Source of the DNA: an uncultured Candidatus Saccharibacteria bacterium
GTDB lineage: Bacteria > Patescibacteriota > Saccharimonadia > Saccharimonadales > AWTP1-31
Length of the DNA: 24,304 bases
Direction: 5' to 3'
NCBI GenBank assembly: GCA_964442995.1
Contig: CAYUBG010000001.1
Coordinates: forward strand, 1 to 24,304
The translations under genes were made by a program, and so were the position numbers. Below are positions 1 through 8,840 of the stretch, one piece after another; the stretch's first letter is position 1, and the number at the start of each line of letters is the position of its first letter. Below the pieces are notes generated by a model, which searched no databases, was not told the origin of the DNA, and saw only the letters and a list, made by a program, of their open reading frames with translations.

Positions 1-758
1 GTCTTTTTTGTGTCACGGATACCAACGATTTCAACTTCGTCGTTAATGTTAACAACACCAGTTTCAATACGTCCAGTAGCAACCGTACCACGACCCTTGA
101 TTGAGAACACGTCTTCAATAGGCATAAGGAATGGCTTGTCGAGGTCACGAGTAGGTTCTTCAACCCATTCGTCCATAGCTTTAACAAGTTCCATAACAGC
201 ATCTTCGTTAGCAGCGTCGCCTTCAAGAGCCTTGGTTGCAGAACCTTTAACAATAGGACAGTTACGATCAAAACCGTTCTTTTCAAGAAGGTCACGTACG
301 TCTTCTTCAATTAGTTCAACAAGCTCTGCGTCTGCAAGATCCATCTTGTTTAGGTAAACAAGAATCTTAGGTACACCAACCTGCTTAGCAAGTAGAACGT
401 GCTCACGAGTTTGTGGCATTGGACCGTCAGCAGCAGATACAACAAGAATTGCACCGTCAACCTGAGCGGCACCGGTAATCATGTTCTTTACGTAGTCTGC
501 GTGACCTGGCATATCAACGTGAGCGTAATGACGCTTTTCGCTTTCATACTCTTGGTGAGAAGTAGCAATGGTGATACCACGTTGCTTTTCTTCAGGTGCG
601 TTGTCAATTTCGTCGTAGTTTTTAGGCTTGTTAACATCACTTGGAAGCTTCTTAGCCAAAACGTGCGTAATTGCAGCAGTTAGAGTTGTTTTACCGTGGT
701 CAACGTGGCCCATAGTACCAACGTTCACATGCGGCTTAGTTCGGTCAAAATCTGCCAT
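1..758 (-). CDS. tuf: Elongation factor Tu, partial (3' end beyond window)
   Basis: Not in the ORF track because it runs off the edge. Manual translation from ATG at 758 gives [31 protein letters not shown]...YLNKMD...[17 protein letters not shown] Shine-Dalgarno at 768-772. Confidence 0.99.
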   Translation of the reverse strand, partial: MADFDRTKPHVNVGTMGHVDHGKTTLTAAITHVLAKKLPSDVNKPKNYDEIDNAPEEKQRGITIATSHQEYESEKRHYAHVDMPGHADYVKNMITGAAQVDGAILVVSAADGPMPQTREHVLLAKQVGVPKILVYLNKMDLADAELVELIEEDVRDLLEKNGFDRNCPIVKGSATKALEGDAANEDAVMELVKAMDEWVEEPTRDLDKPFLMPIEDVFSIKGRGTVATGRIETGVVNINDEVEIVGIRDTKK

Positions 759-891
759 CGAGATTTTCTCCTATTATTCTGAGCCTGTCGAAGGGTTTAA
801 CCCCGAGGCTCGTTATTTAATATTCAATTTGTCACGCGGTCCTTATTGCGAGTTTCCACTCAAGCAAAACCCTCACGCGAGATACCGTAGT

Positions 892-920
892 AGTATATCG
901 CATCTTTCATCTTGTCGCAA
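892..920 (-). promoter_or_regulatory. Sigma70-type promoter for tuf
   Basis: TTGCGA (915-920), 17-nt spacer, TATACT (892-897); about 127 nt upstream of the tuf ATG. Confidence 0.75.
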
Positions 921-924
921 GCAT

Positions 925-1260
925 TTATATTCTGCGTTTTTTGTTAAACGTGTCGGCTATATCCCTGTGGTCTACTAGTCCATTGTCACGATACGTAACG
1001 CAAGAAGCATCTATGTTGCACACTTGTACCAGTTTCTTAAGTATTCTACCAGTTTCTTGTAACGAACGGCCTGGGCATGCAATTTTACCAACATAAGTCA
1101 GATCTGAATCAGGGTCTATCTCAACTACTGAATTGACCATCGCGATTATACCAAATTCATGTGGATCAGAAATACATTTGTGTGCCGTAGGGCAATTGTC
1201 AATACAGTCAGCAGGCAACTCAATACTAATCAGTAGTGGCTTCTTTTCTGGTTGTGCCAT
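925..1260 (-). CDS. Hypothetical Cys-rich protein (111 aa)
   Basis: Open frame. The start at 1260 (MAQPEKK) is preferred because it lies 4 nt after the stop of the upstream ORF. Six Cys, no recognised family. Confidence 0.6.
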   Translation of the reverse strand: MAQPEKKPLLISIELPADCIDNCPTAHKCISDPHEFGIIAMVNSVVEIDPDSDLTYVGKIACPGRSLQETGRILKKLVQVCNIDASCVTYRDNGLVDHRDIADTFNKKRRI

Positions 1261-1264
1261 GATC

Positions 1265-1474
1265 TTACATTCTGCCGGTTGCACGATCAAACTGATCAAT
1301 AATATGCAGTGCTTTATTGTGAGCACGCTTCGGAGTCTGAGCAACACGTTTTACAAAACTACCTGTAGCTCGTGCAACTTTTACGATTTGCACATAACGC
1401 TCAGACTCCATAGACGAAGGATCACCGTCTTCCATTTGATTATCAATAAATACACCGTCTTCATATATAGCCAT
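1265..1474 (-). CDS. Hypothetical protein (69 aa)
   Basis: GGAG Shine-Dalgarno 7 nt before ATG 1474 (MAIYEDG...). Fills the intergenic gap in tandem with the next ORF. Confidence 0.6.
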   Translation of the reverse strand: MAIYEDGVFIDNQMEDGDPSSMESERYVQIVKVARATGSFVKRVAQTPKRAHNKALHIIDQFDRATGRM

Positions 1475-1531
1475 CTTTTTACTCCGTAGATTATTCTGAA
1501 TATATTTATACACTATTCCTGTAAGCCACGC

Positions 1532-1557
1532 TATACACGGTATGCATACACTGTATA
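1532..1557. promoter_or_regulatory. 26-bp imperfect palindrome, candidate operator
   Basis: TATACACGGTATG|CATACACTGTATA, 11 of 13 positions symmetric. It lies upstream of a TATAAA -10-like hexamer (1505-1510, minus strand). Confidence 0.45.
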
Positions 1558-1594
1558 TTGTGTGCCGGTAAGCCGATTAATTACTCGAACTATT

Positions 1595-1620
1595 AGATCC
1601 TGAATCGAGTTCGGGATTAC
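1595..1620. repeat. Short palindromic REP-like element
   Basis: ATCCTGAA-TCGAG-TTCGGGAT hairpin (1597-1617) within AGATCCTGAATCGAGTTCGGGATTAC. Resembles a recalled small intergenic repeat family; unverified. Confidence 0.4.
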
Positions 1621-1649
1621 AAAAAAGAGGCGTTTTGTTGCCTCTTTTT
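1621..1649 (-). terminator. Rho-independent (bidirectional) terminator after fusA
   Basis: AAAAAGAGGC-GTTTTGTT-GCCTCTTTTT with T-tracts on both strands, 28 nt past the fusA stop. Confidence 0.85.
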
Positions 1650-1677
1650 CATCTGAGACCTTAGCACTAAGAACTAT

Positions 1678-3765
1678 TTACTTCGCTCTGTTAGCTATAA
1701 CTGCTTCGGCTACGTTTGGTGGTACTTCGGCGTAGTGTGCAAGTTCCATTGTGCTTGAAGCGCGACCTTGGGTCATTGAACGGATGTCAGTTGTGTAGCC
1801 GAACATCTCTGCAAGTGGTACAAAGGCAAGAATAACTTTTGCCTGGCTACGATCTTCCATAGATTCTACACGGCCACGGCGAGAGTTGAGATCGCCAATT
1901 ACGTCGCCCATGAAGTCTTCAGGGGTAACAACTTCTACCTTCATGACAGGTTCTAGAAGAGTTGGCGAGCCGTTCTTTACACCTTCTTGAAGTGCCATTG
2001 AACCGGCAATTTTAAAGGCCATTTCATTTGAGTCCACGTCATGGTAACTTCCATCGTAGAGTTCAGCAGACATGTCTACTACAGGGTATCCAGCAATAAC
2101 ACCGTTGCCCATAGCTTCGACGATACCGTTTTCTACAGGTTTAATATATTCACTTGGAACTACACCACCCTTAATAGAGTTGATGAATTCGAAGCCCTTG
2201 CCCGGTTCTTGTGGCTTAAGTCGAAGCCAAACATCACCATATTGTCCACGTCCACCAGATTGTTTGATGAACTTACCCTGAATCTCAACTTCTTTACGAA
2301 TAGTTTCGCGGTAAGCCACCTGTGGCTGGCCAATATTGGCTTCAACTGAGAATTCGCGCTTCATGCGATCAACAAGAATTTCAAGATGAAGTTCACCCAT
2401 TCCAGAAATAATTGTCTGGCCAGTTTCTTCGTCGGTATGAACGCGGAAGGTTGGATCTTCTTCAGCTAGTCGTTGCAGAGCAAGACCCATTTTTTCCTGG
2501 TCGGCCTTAGTCTTAGGTTCGATTGCAATTGAAACAGGTGGCTCTGGGAAATCAATGCTTTCTAGAATTATTGGTTTATCTAGATCACACAGAGTATTAC
2601 CAGTAGTAACCTTCTTCAGACCAACAATAGCTGCAATATCACCAGCTTCTACCTCTGTTACATCTTCACGCTTGTCGGCGTGCATACGCACTAAACGTCC
2701 AACTCGTTCTTTTTCGCCAGTCGTACTGTTTAGAATGTATGAACCAGCTGAGATTTTACCTGAATAAACACGGAAGAAACACAGTTTACCCATAAACGGA
2801 TCTGTTGCAATCTTAAATGCCAGTGCTGCAAAAGGTTCATCATTTGAAGGTTTTCGTTCAATTTCATCACCAGTTTTAGGGTGAGTACCCCATACAGAGC
2901 CACGATCAATTGGACTAGGTAAGAACTCGGTCATAAGGTCGAGGACTTTTTCTACAATAACACCACGGCCATCACCACCAGTTACTAAGAATAGCTCGCC
3001 TGAAAGAACACCCTTGCGCAGTGCGGCGCGGAACTCTTCGTTAGAAATAGCTTCTTCGCCTTCTTCCAAGAACTTCATCATGAGATCGTCGTCGTGTTCA
3101 ACGGCGGCTTCAATAAGAAGTGAACGGGCATTCTTGGCTTTTTCTTTCATGTCTTCAGGAATTTCGCCTTCAGCAAGTGCCTTGTCGTGATACTCAGTGT
3201 ACGTGTAGGCCTTCATCTCTAGAAGATCAACAACACCATTGATTGACTGTTCATAGCCGATTGGAATGTGTACCGCGTAAGCTTTCTTAGTTAGTCGAGC
3301 ATGAATAGTTTCGAGAGATTTCCAGAAATCACCACCGGTTTGGTTGATCTTGTTGATGAAACATACACGAGGTACACCGTATTTATCAGCTTGACGCCAT
3401 ACGGTTTCGCTTTGTGATTCCACACCCATTTTACCGTCGAATACAGTTACAGCACCGTCGAGTACTCGAAGTGAACGCTCAACTTCAACCGTAAAGTCAA
3501 TATGGCCCGGTGTATCTATAATGTTTACTTGGTGACCCTTCCAGAAACATGTGACAGCTGCAGAGGTAATTGTGATACCACGCTCTTTTTCTTGTTCCAT
3601 CCAGTCAGTAGTTGCGCCGTCGCCTTCACCACGAACAACACCAATTTTATGGTTAATACCCGTTCGGTACAAAATACCTTCAGTTGTAGTAGTTTTACCG
3701 GCATCAATGTGCGCGATAATACCAACGTTACGTAACTTGACTAGATCTAATTGTTTCGTCGCCAT
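1678..3765 (-). CDS. fusA: Elongation factor G
   Basis: [58 protein letters not shown]; 695 aa; position in the str operon. Confidence 0.99.
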   Translation of the reverse strand: MATKQLDLVKLRNVGIIAHIDAGKTTTTEGILYRTGINHKIGVVRGEGDGATTDWMEQEKERGITITSAAVTCFWKGHQVNIIDTPGHIDFTVEVERSLRVLDGAVTVFDGKMGVESQSETVWRQADKYGVPRVCFINKINQTGGDFWKSLETIHARLTKKAYAVHIPIGYEQSINGVVDLLEMKAYTYTEYHDKALAEGEIPEDMKEKAKNARSLLIEAAVEHDDDLMMKFLEEGEEAISNEEFRAALRKGVLSGELFLVTGGDGRGVIVEKVLDLMTEFLPSPIDRGSVWGTHPKTGDEIERKPSNDEPFAALAFKIATDPFMGKLCFFRVYSGKISAGSYILNSTTGEKERVGRLVRMHADKREDVTEVEAGDIAAIVGLKKVTTGNTLCDLDKPIILESIDFPEPPVSIAIEPKTKADQEKMGLALQRLAEEDPTFRVHTDEETGQTIISGMGELHLEILVDRMKREFSVEANIGQPQVAYRETIRKEVEIQGKFIKQSGGRGQYGDVWLRLKPQEPGKGFEFINSIKGGVVPSEYIKPVENGIVEAMGNGVIAGYPVVDMSAELYDGSYHDVDSNEMAFKIAGSMALQEGVKNGSPTLLEPVMKVEVVTPEDFMGDVIGDLNSRRGRVESMEDRSQAKVILAFVPLAEMFGYTTDIRSMTQGRASSTMELAHYAEVPPNVAEAVIANRAK

Positions 3766-4016
3766 TAATTCCCTCTTTCTAAATCTTCTATGGTTTCAAC
3801 TATACTGCTAAATGGAGTTCTAAACTTCTGCATAGATGCAATTTTTACTGCCGCTGATTCAACTCGGTTTTGCCTAAACCTCACAATTGCAGCGTCAATC
3901 GGTTCAAAAATAGGTTGTCTTGCCACCCTACCTAGTGTTGCACCAAGTTTATCTTCGGCACTACGTAGTCTTCTTTCTAGAAACGGCCCAACCCATTCAC
4001 TGTCAGAAGCTTTCAT
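3765..4016 (-). CDS. Hypothetical protein (83 aa) between rpsG and fusA
   Basis: ATG 4 nt after the rpsG stop; its TAA overlaps the fusA ATG (TAATG), so it fills the gap exactly. Confidence 0.65.
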   Translation of the reverse strand: MKASDSEWVGPFLERRLRSAEDKLGATLGRVARQPIFEPIDAAIVRFRQNRVESAAVKIASMQKFRTPFSSIVETIEDLERGN

Positions 4017-4020
4017 AATA

Positions 4021-4500
4021 CTAGAACCTTGCGAAGTGAGCGAAGGCACGGTTGGCTTCTGCCATCTTGTGTGTGTCTTCCTTCTTCTTTACGGCTGCAC
4101 CAGCTTGATTATGAGCATCTACAATTTCGTTCATTAAACGCTGCCAGTAAGGCATACCCTTGCGAGCGCGCGCTGCGCCAACAAACCACATCATACCAAG
4201 GTGGGTTTTGCGGTGACCTTCAACAGGGAACGGCACTTGGTAGTTTGCGCCACCAACACGTCGAGATTTTACTTCTACACCTGGGAATACGTTACCCATA
4301 GCCTCTTCGAGTGCCATAAGTGGATCTTCAACCTTAAGCTTCTTGGCAGCTTCTTCCATAGCCATGTAAACAGCGGCTTCGGCTGAAGCTTTTTTTCCGT
4401 CTCTCATGCTACGGTTGATAAGTCGCTGTACAAGTACAGAGTTGTATTTGCGATCTGGCTGAATATTTCTAATAAGAGATTTGGTCTTTTTTCGCGGCAT
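4021..4500 (-). CDS. rpsG: 30S ribosomal protein S7
   Basis: VEVKSRRVGGANYQVP, KKKEDTHKMAEANRAFAHF; TAATG overlap with rpsL. Confidence 0.99.
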   Translation of the reverse strand: MPRKKTKSLIRNIQPDRKYNSVLVQRLINRSMRDGKKASAEAAVYMAMEEAAKKLKVEDPLMALEEAMGNVFPGVEVKSRRVGGANYQVPFPVEGHRKTHLGMMWFVGAARARKGMPYWQRLMNEIVDAHNQAGAAVKKKEDTHKMAEANRAFAHFARF

Positions 4501-4913
4501 TATTTACTCTCTTTCTTGGCACCGTACTTAGAACGGCCCTGTTTTCGATCTGAAACACCCTGAAGATCAAGATGTCCACGAACAATATGGTACCTAACAC
4601 CTGGAAGATCCGGAACACGTCCACCGCGTATTAGTACTACTGCATGCTCCTGCAGGGTATGACCTTCACCACCACTGTAAGCCCATACTTCGTGACCGTT
4701 GGTTAGGCGAACACGAGCAACCTTACGAAGTGCTGAGTTCGGTTTACGTGGGGTCTTTGTGGTTACTTTAATACAGACACCTCGTTTGAATGGAGATGGC
4801 TTTTCGTAGCTCTTCGTCTTTAAAGAGTTGGTAACCTTACGAAGCGCAGCAGTCTTAACTTTGTTAGACTTGCTCAAACGTGGTTTTCGAACTAGTTGAT
4901 TAATTGTTGGCAT
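4500..4913 (-). CDS. rpsL: 30S ribosomal protein S12
   Basis: [41 protein letters not shown]. Confidence 0.99.
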   Translation of the reverse strand: MPTINQLVRKPRLSKSNKVKTAALRKVTNSLKTKSYEKPSPFKRGVCIKVTTKTPRKPNSALRKVARVRLTNGHEVWAYSGGEGHTLQEHAVVLIRGGRVPDLPGVRYHIVRGHLDLQGVSDRKQGRSKYGAKKESK

Positions 4914-4940
4914 GTATAAAAATTTTCCTAAATTTTTACT

Positions 4941-5012
4941 AGTGTTCTGCGATTGGTGGTTGATGATTAGAACTCAGCACGGACTAATCACTCACACCAT
5001 TCGCGTATCACT
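4941..5012 (-). promoter_or_regulatory. Long stem-loop in the rpsL 5' leader (candidate ribosomal-protein leader)
   Basis: Nested pairings AGTG/CACT, GCGA/TCGC, TGGTG/CACCA, TGA/TCA, TGATTAG/CTAATCA; 23 bp in 72 nt. Confidence 0.6.
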
Positions 5013-5039
5013 CGTTAATATGTGAAACTCTTGAACTAG

Positions 5040-5068
5040 ATTGTAACAGATTTACAGTTGATCCGCAA
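5040..5068 (-). promoter_or_regulatory. Sigma70-type promoter for the str operon, overlapping the end of rpoC
   Basis: TTGCGG (5063-5068), 17 nt, TACAAT (5040-5045), with extended -10 TG. Confidence 0.65.
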
Positions 5069-8000
5069 CATCGTAGTCAGCAATAACACCTGTTCCAACA
5101 GGAATCTTGCGACCGATAATTACGTTTTCTTTCAATCCATACAGGTTATCTACACGACCACTTGTTGCTGCATTAATCAGAACACGTGTTGTGTCTTGGA
5201 ATGAAGCAGCTGAAAGGAAGCTATCTGACCAAGTTGAAACTTTAGCGATACCAAGAAGTAACTGCGTGAATTCGGCAGGAGTTTTACCATCCGCAACCAA
5301 TTTTGCGTTTTCTTCAACAACAGATGCTTTACTGACTATGTCGCCAGTAACAAACAAGCTGTCACCACTATCTTCAATCTGAACACGGCTAAACATCTGG
5401 CGAACAATAATCTCAAGATGTTGGTCGGCAAGATCTACACCTTGCTGTGCGAACATTCCTAAGATCTCGTTAATAATGTAGCGCTGTGTAGCTTCAATGC
5501 CCTGTAGGCGCATCAAGTCGTGTAGGTTAAGTGAACCGTTAGTAAGACGATCACCTGCAGTAACACTGTCACCATCGGCTACCGTAAGAACCTTGAAGCC
5601 TGGCACTTCGTACTTAACTGGAGCCATGCCGTGAGCAGTTAATACTGCCTTGCCATCATGGAAGTCAACCGTTGCATCAAATGGTGCGGTCAATGGGCGA
5701 CTAGCGTCTTTATCGGCGGCAATAACGTCACCAGCAAGAACTTGTTGACCATTCTTCATTTGTGGTTTGCGTTTTTCTAGGGCAATTTCTTCAACTTTTG
5801 CATCGGTTGGAGTTACCTGAACAATGTAGTTGTTTCCTTCTTCCCAAACAGCAACTGAACCTGTAATTTCACTTAGGAACGCCTGGCTCTTTGGTGCACG
5901 GGCTTCAAGAAGCTCTTCTACACGTGGGAGACCCTGCGTCACGTCGTCAGAAAGTGCGGCACCAGCTGTATGCTTTGTACGCATAGTAAGCTGTGTACCT
6001 GGCTCACCAACAGATTGGGCAGCAATAACACCAACTGGCTGGAATGGTTTAACAACCTTACCTGTTGCCATGTCGATACCATAACTCTTCGGGCTAATGC
6101 CACGTAGGTTAGTAGCCGAAAGCACGCTTCGAATTCGTACTTCGTTTAGATCACTTGTGTCAATTGCTTCAGCAATAGCTTCAGTGATCAGTTCGTTTGC
6201 TTTAACTATTGTCTTACCACCAACTTTGACATCTTCAGCAGCAAAACGACCGCTTAAACGTACGCCGTAGTTCATACCAAGTTCTTCGGTTTCAGCACGA
6301 TTCATGGCAAGACCAGTGTCAGCACCGTCTTCTTCAATAGTAAAGACATCTTGAGCGACATCTACCATACGTCGAGTTAGATAGCCTGAGTCTGCGGTAC
6401 GAAGTGCTGTATCAATCAAACCTTTTCGTGAACCACGGGTATCTACGAAGTATTCAATTGGTGTAAGACCCTTCTTATAGTTGTTTCTAATTGGTAGCTC
6501 AACTTCACGACCAACCGCATCCACAACCATACCCTTCATACCAGACACTTGCTTGATCTGAGAAATACTACCACGAGCACCAGAGATCATGGCAATACTA
6601 ATACCAGTGTCGACCCCTTGGTAGGCAACAACAAGCTTTGCCTGTGCAGCTTCATCTACATCACGCCATGTGTTAACAGTGAGGCGATACCGTTCTTCTT
6701 CAGTAATCAGACCTTGTTCAAACTGATCAGCAATTTTAGATGCTTTTTCTTCACCAGTTTCAATTAATGTATCTAGGCCGTCTAGGTCAATATAGTCATC
6801 CATACCGGTAGAGATACCAGCAAAAGTTGCATAGCTGAAACCATCAGCAATTTCAGCAGTGACGTCTGAACCATACTGGGCAAATACGCGACCCATAACG
6901 GCAGTCAACTTCTTCTTAGTCATAGTATCGTTTTGGAATTCAAAGTCTTCTGGGAAGATGCTATTGAATAACAAACGACCAGCTGTTGTTTCAAGACGCT
7001 GTCCACGGAATGTGGTTCTAATTCTGGTCTGAAGTTTAATCTTTTCAGCATCTAGCGCAATGATTGCTTCGTCGATGGTAGAGATTGGCACAACCTTGTC
7101 AGTTGTAACACCGGGCTTTTCATATGTTAAGTAGTAACAACCAAGTACAATATCTTGTTCAATATGTAGAATTGGTGATCCATCAGCAGGTTTCAGCAAG
7201 TTCTTGCTTGCAGTCATAAGCTCACGAGCTTCTTTTTGTGCAGCTGAAGAAAGCGGCAAGTGAACCGCCATTTGGTCACCATCAAAGTCGGCATTAAAGC
7301 CTTTACATACAAGTGGGTGAAGCTGAATGGCCTTACCTTCAATCAGTTTCGGCTGGAAAGCTAAAATTGAAAGACGGTGAAGTGTTGGCGCTCGGTTAAG
7401 AAGAACGTATTTGTCCTTAATAACTTCATCTAGTGCATCCCAAATGATATTTTCATTAGCCTCAATCAATCGAGTTGCGCTCTTAATGTTATGAGCGTAT
7501 TCATGTTGCATTAACCAGCCAATCACAAATGGCTTAAACAGCTCTAGTGCCATTAGTTTTGGCAAACCACATTGATCAATGGTGAGTTCAGGACCAGATA
7601 CGATTACTGAACGACCAGAATCAACACGCTTACCAAGAAGGTTCTGACGGAAGCGACCCTGCTTACCCTTAAGCATATCTGAAAGTGATTTCAGGCGACG
7701 TCGGCCACCAGTTGCACTTACTGCACGTCCTGAACGAGCGGCAGAGTTGTCGATTAAAGCATCGACTGCTTCTTGTAGCATGCGCTGTTCGTTACGACGA
7801 ATTACCTCAGGAGCGTTAAGATCCATCAGCTTCTTCAAGCGGTTGTTTCGGTTGATAACACGGCGGTAAAGATCGTTCATGTCAGATGTTGCAAAACGTC
7901 CACCAGTAAGCTGTACCATAGGGCGTAGATCTGGAGGAATAACTGGAAGAACACTCACGCAGAGGCTACCTGGTTCAATACCAGCGTTCAACATGCTCTC

Positions 8001-8840
8001 AAGCATTTTGAGTCGCTTCATAAGCTTCTTTTTGCGTTGGCCCTTAGTGCCTTCAACTTCTTCAGCTAAATCTTGAATCAGTTTTGCAAGATCAATTTCA
8101 TCAAGTAGTTTCTGAATAGCTACGCCACCCATAGCAGCTTCAGCAATATCTTGATACTCGTCTGGTAGGTTACGGTAGTCAGTTTCTGAAATCAAACCAC
8201 ACTTAACTAAGCTTTCAAGCTGCTGCTTCTTGTGAAGGAAGTCTTCTGTTACTTCGTCAATTTCTTTACTCTGGGCTTCAGCCAAGGCTTTAACATCAGC
8301 GTTTTCTTCGGTAGCCCGGTCTTCAAAGCGCTTTTTAATTGCAGCTTTTGCAGCATCAAGCTCAGCTTCAGCATCTTTAAGGAACTGCTCTTTTTTCTCA
8401 ACGTCAACAGATGTAATAACGTATGAAGCGAAGTAAACAATGCGCTCAAGATTCTTAACTGTGATGTTAAGAAGCAAACCAATAGGGCTTGGAGTACCAC
8501 GCAGGAACCAAATATGTGCAACTGGGGCAGCAAGGTTGATGTGACCCATTCGTTCACGCCGTACAATAGAATTGGTAACAAGTTCACCATTCTTATCAAC
8601 AGCAGCTTCACGAGAGCGTACGCCCTTGTACTTAGCGTCGTGTGGGTTGATGTTCTTTACAGGACCAAAAATACGTTCACAAAACAGACCATCACGTTCA
8701 GGTTTCTGAGTTCGGTAGTTAATGGTTTCTGGTTTAGTAACTTCACCGTAGCTCCAGTCAATGATGTCGCTTGGGCTAGCAACAACCAGTCGAACGGCGT
8801 CGAAGTCAGTAATATTTGTGCTAAATGGGGTAGGTTTCAT
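5052..8840 (-). CDS. rpoC: RNA polymerase beta' subunit
   Basis: [12 protein letters not shown] catalytic motif, [37 protein letters not shown]; AGGAGG Shine-Dalgarno in the rpoB 3' end. Confidence 0.99.
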   Translation of the reverse strand: MKPTPFSTNITDFDAVRLVVASPSDIIDWSYGEVTKPETINYRTQKPERDGLFCERIFGPVKNINPHDAKYKGVRSREAAVDKNGELVTNSIVRRERMGHINLAAPVAHIWFLRGTPSPIGLLLNITVKNLERIVYFASYVITSVDVEKKEQFLKDAEAELDAAKAAIKKRFEDRATEENADVKALAEAQSKEIDEVTEDFLHKKQQLESLVKCGLISETDYRNLPDEYQDIAEAAMGGVAIQKLLDEIDLAKLIQDLAEEVEGTKGQRKKKLMKRLKMLESMLNAGIEPGSLCVSVLPVIPPDLRPMVQLTGGRFATSDMNDLYRRVINRNNRLKKLMDLNAPEVIRRNEQRMLQEAVDALIDNSAARSGRAVSATGGRRRLKSLSDMLKGKQGRFRQNLLGKRVDSGRSVIVSGPELTIDQCGLPKLMALELFKPFVIGWLMQHEYAHNIKSATRLIEANENIIWDALDEVIKDKYVLLNRAPTLHRLSILAFQPKLIEGKAIQLHPLVCKGFNADFDGDQMAVHLPLSSAAQKEARELMTASKNLLKPADGSPILHIEQDIVLGCYYLTYEKPGVTTDKVVPISTIDEAIIALDAEKIKLQTRIRTTFRGQRLETTAGRLLFNSIFPEDFEFQNDTMTKKKLTAVMGRVFAQYGSDVTAEIADGFSYATFAGISTGMDDYIDLDGLDTLIETGEEKASKIADQFEQGLITEEERYRLTVNTWRDVDEAAQAKLVVAYQGVDTGISIAMISGARGSISQIKQVSGMKGMVVDAVGREVELPIRNNYKKGLTPIEYFVDTRGSRKGLIDTALRTADSGYLTRRMVDVAQDVFTIEEDGADTGLAMNRAETEELGMNYGVRLSGRFAAEDVKVGGKTIVKANELITEAIAEAIDTSDLNEVRIRSVLSATNLRGISPKSYGIDMATGKVVKPFQPVGVIAAQSVGEPGTQLTMRTKHTAGAALSDDVTQGLPRVEELLEARAPKSQAFLSEITGSVAVWEEGNNYIVQVTPTDAKVEEIALEKRKPQMKNGQQVLAGDVIAADKDASRPLTAPFDATVDFHDGKAVLTAHGMAPVKYEVPGFKVLTVADGDSVTAGDRLTNGSLNLHDLMRLQGIEATQRYIINEILGMFAQQGVDLADQHLEIIVRQMFSRVQIEDSGDSLFVTGDIVSKASVVEENAKLVADGKTPAEFTQLLLGIAKVSTWSDSFLSAASFQDTTRVLINAATSGRVDNLYGLKENVIIGRKIPVGTGVIADYDVADQL

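Noticed and set aside
10-978. Plus-strand ORFs 10..357, 399..683, 628..978
   Set aside because: Antisense shadows of tuf and its leader; no recognisable domains.
1660-1671. TTAGCACT resembling a CIRCE half-site after fusA
   Set aside because: No second arm at 9-nt spacing and not at a promoter; it is only part of a small CTTAG-CA-CTAAG palindrome.
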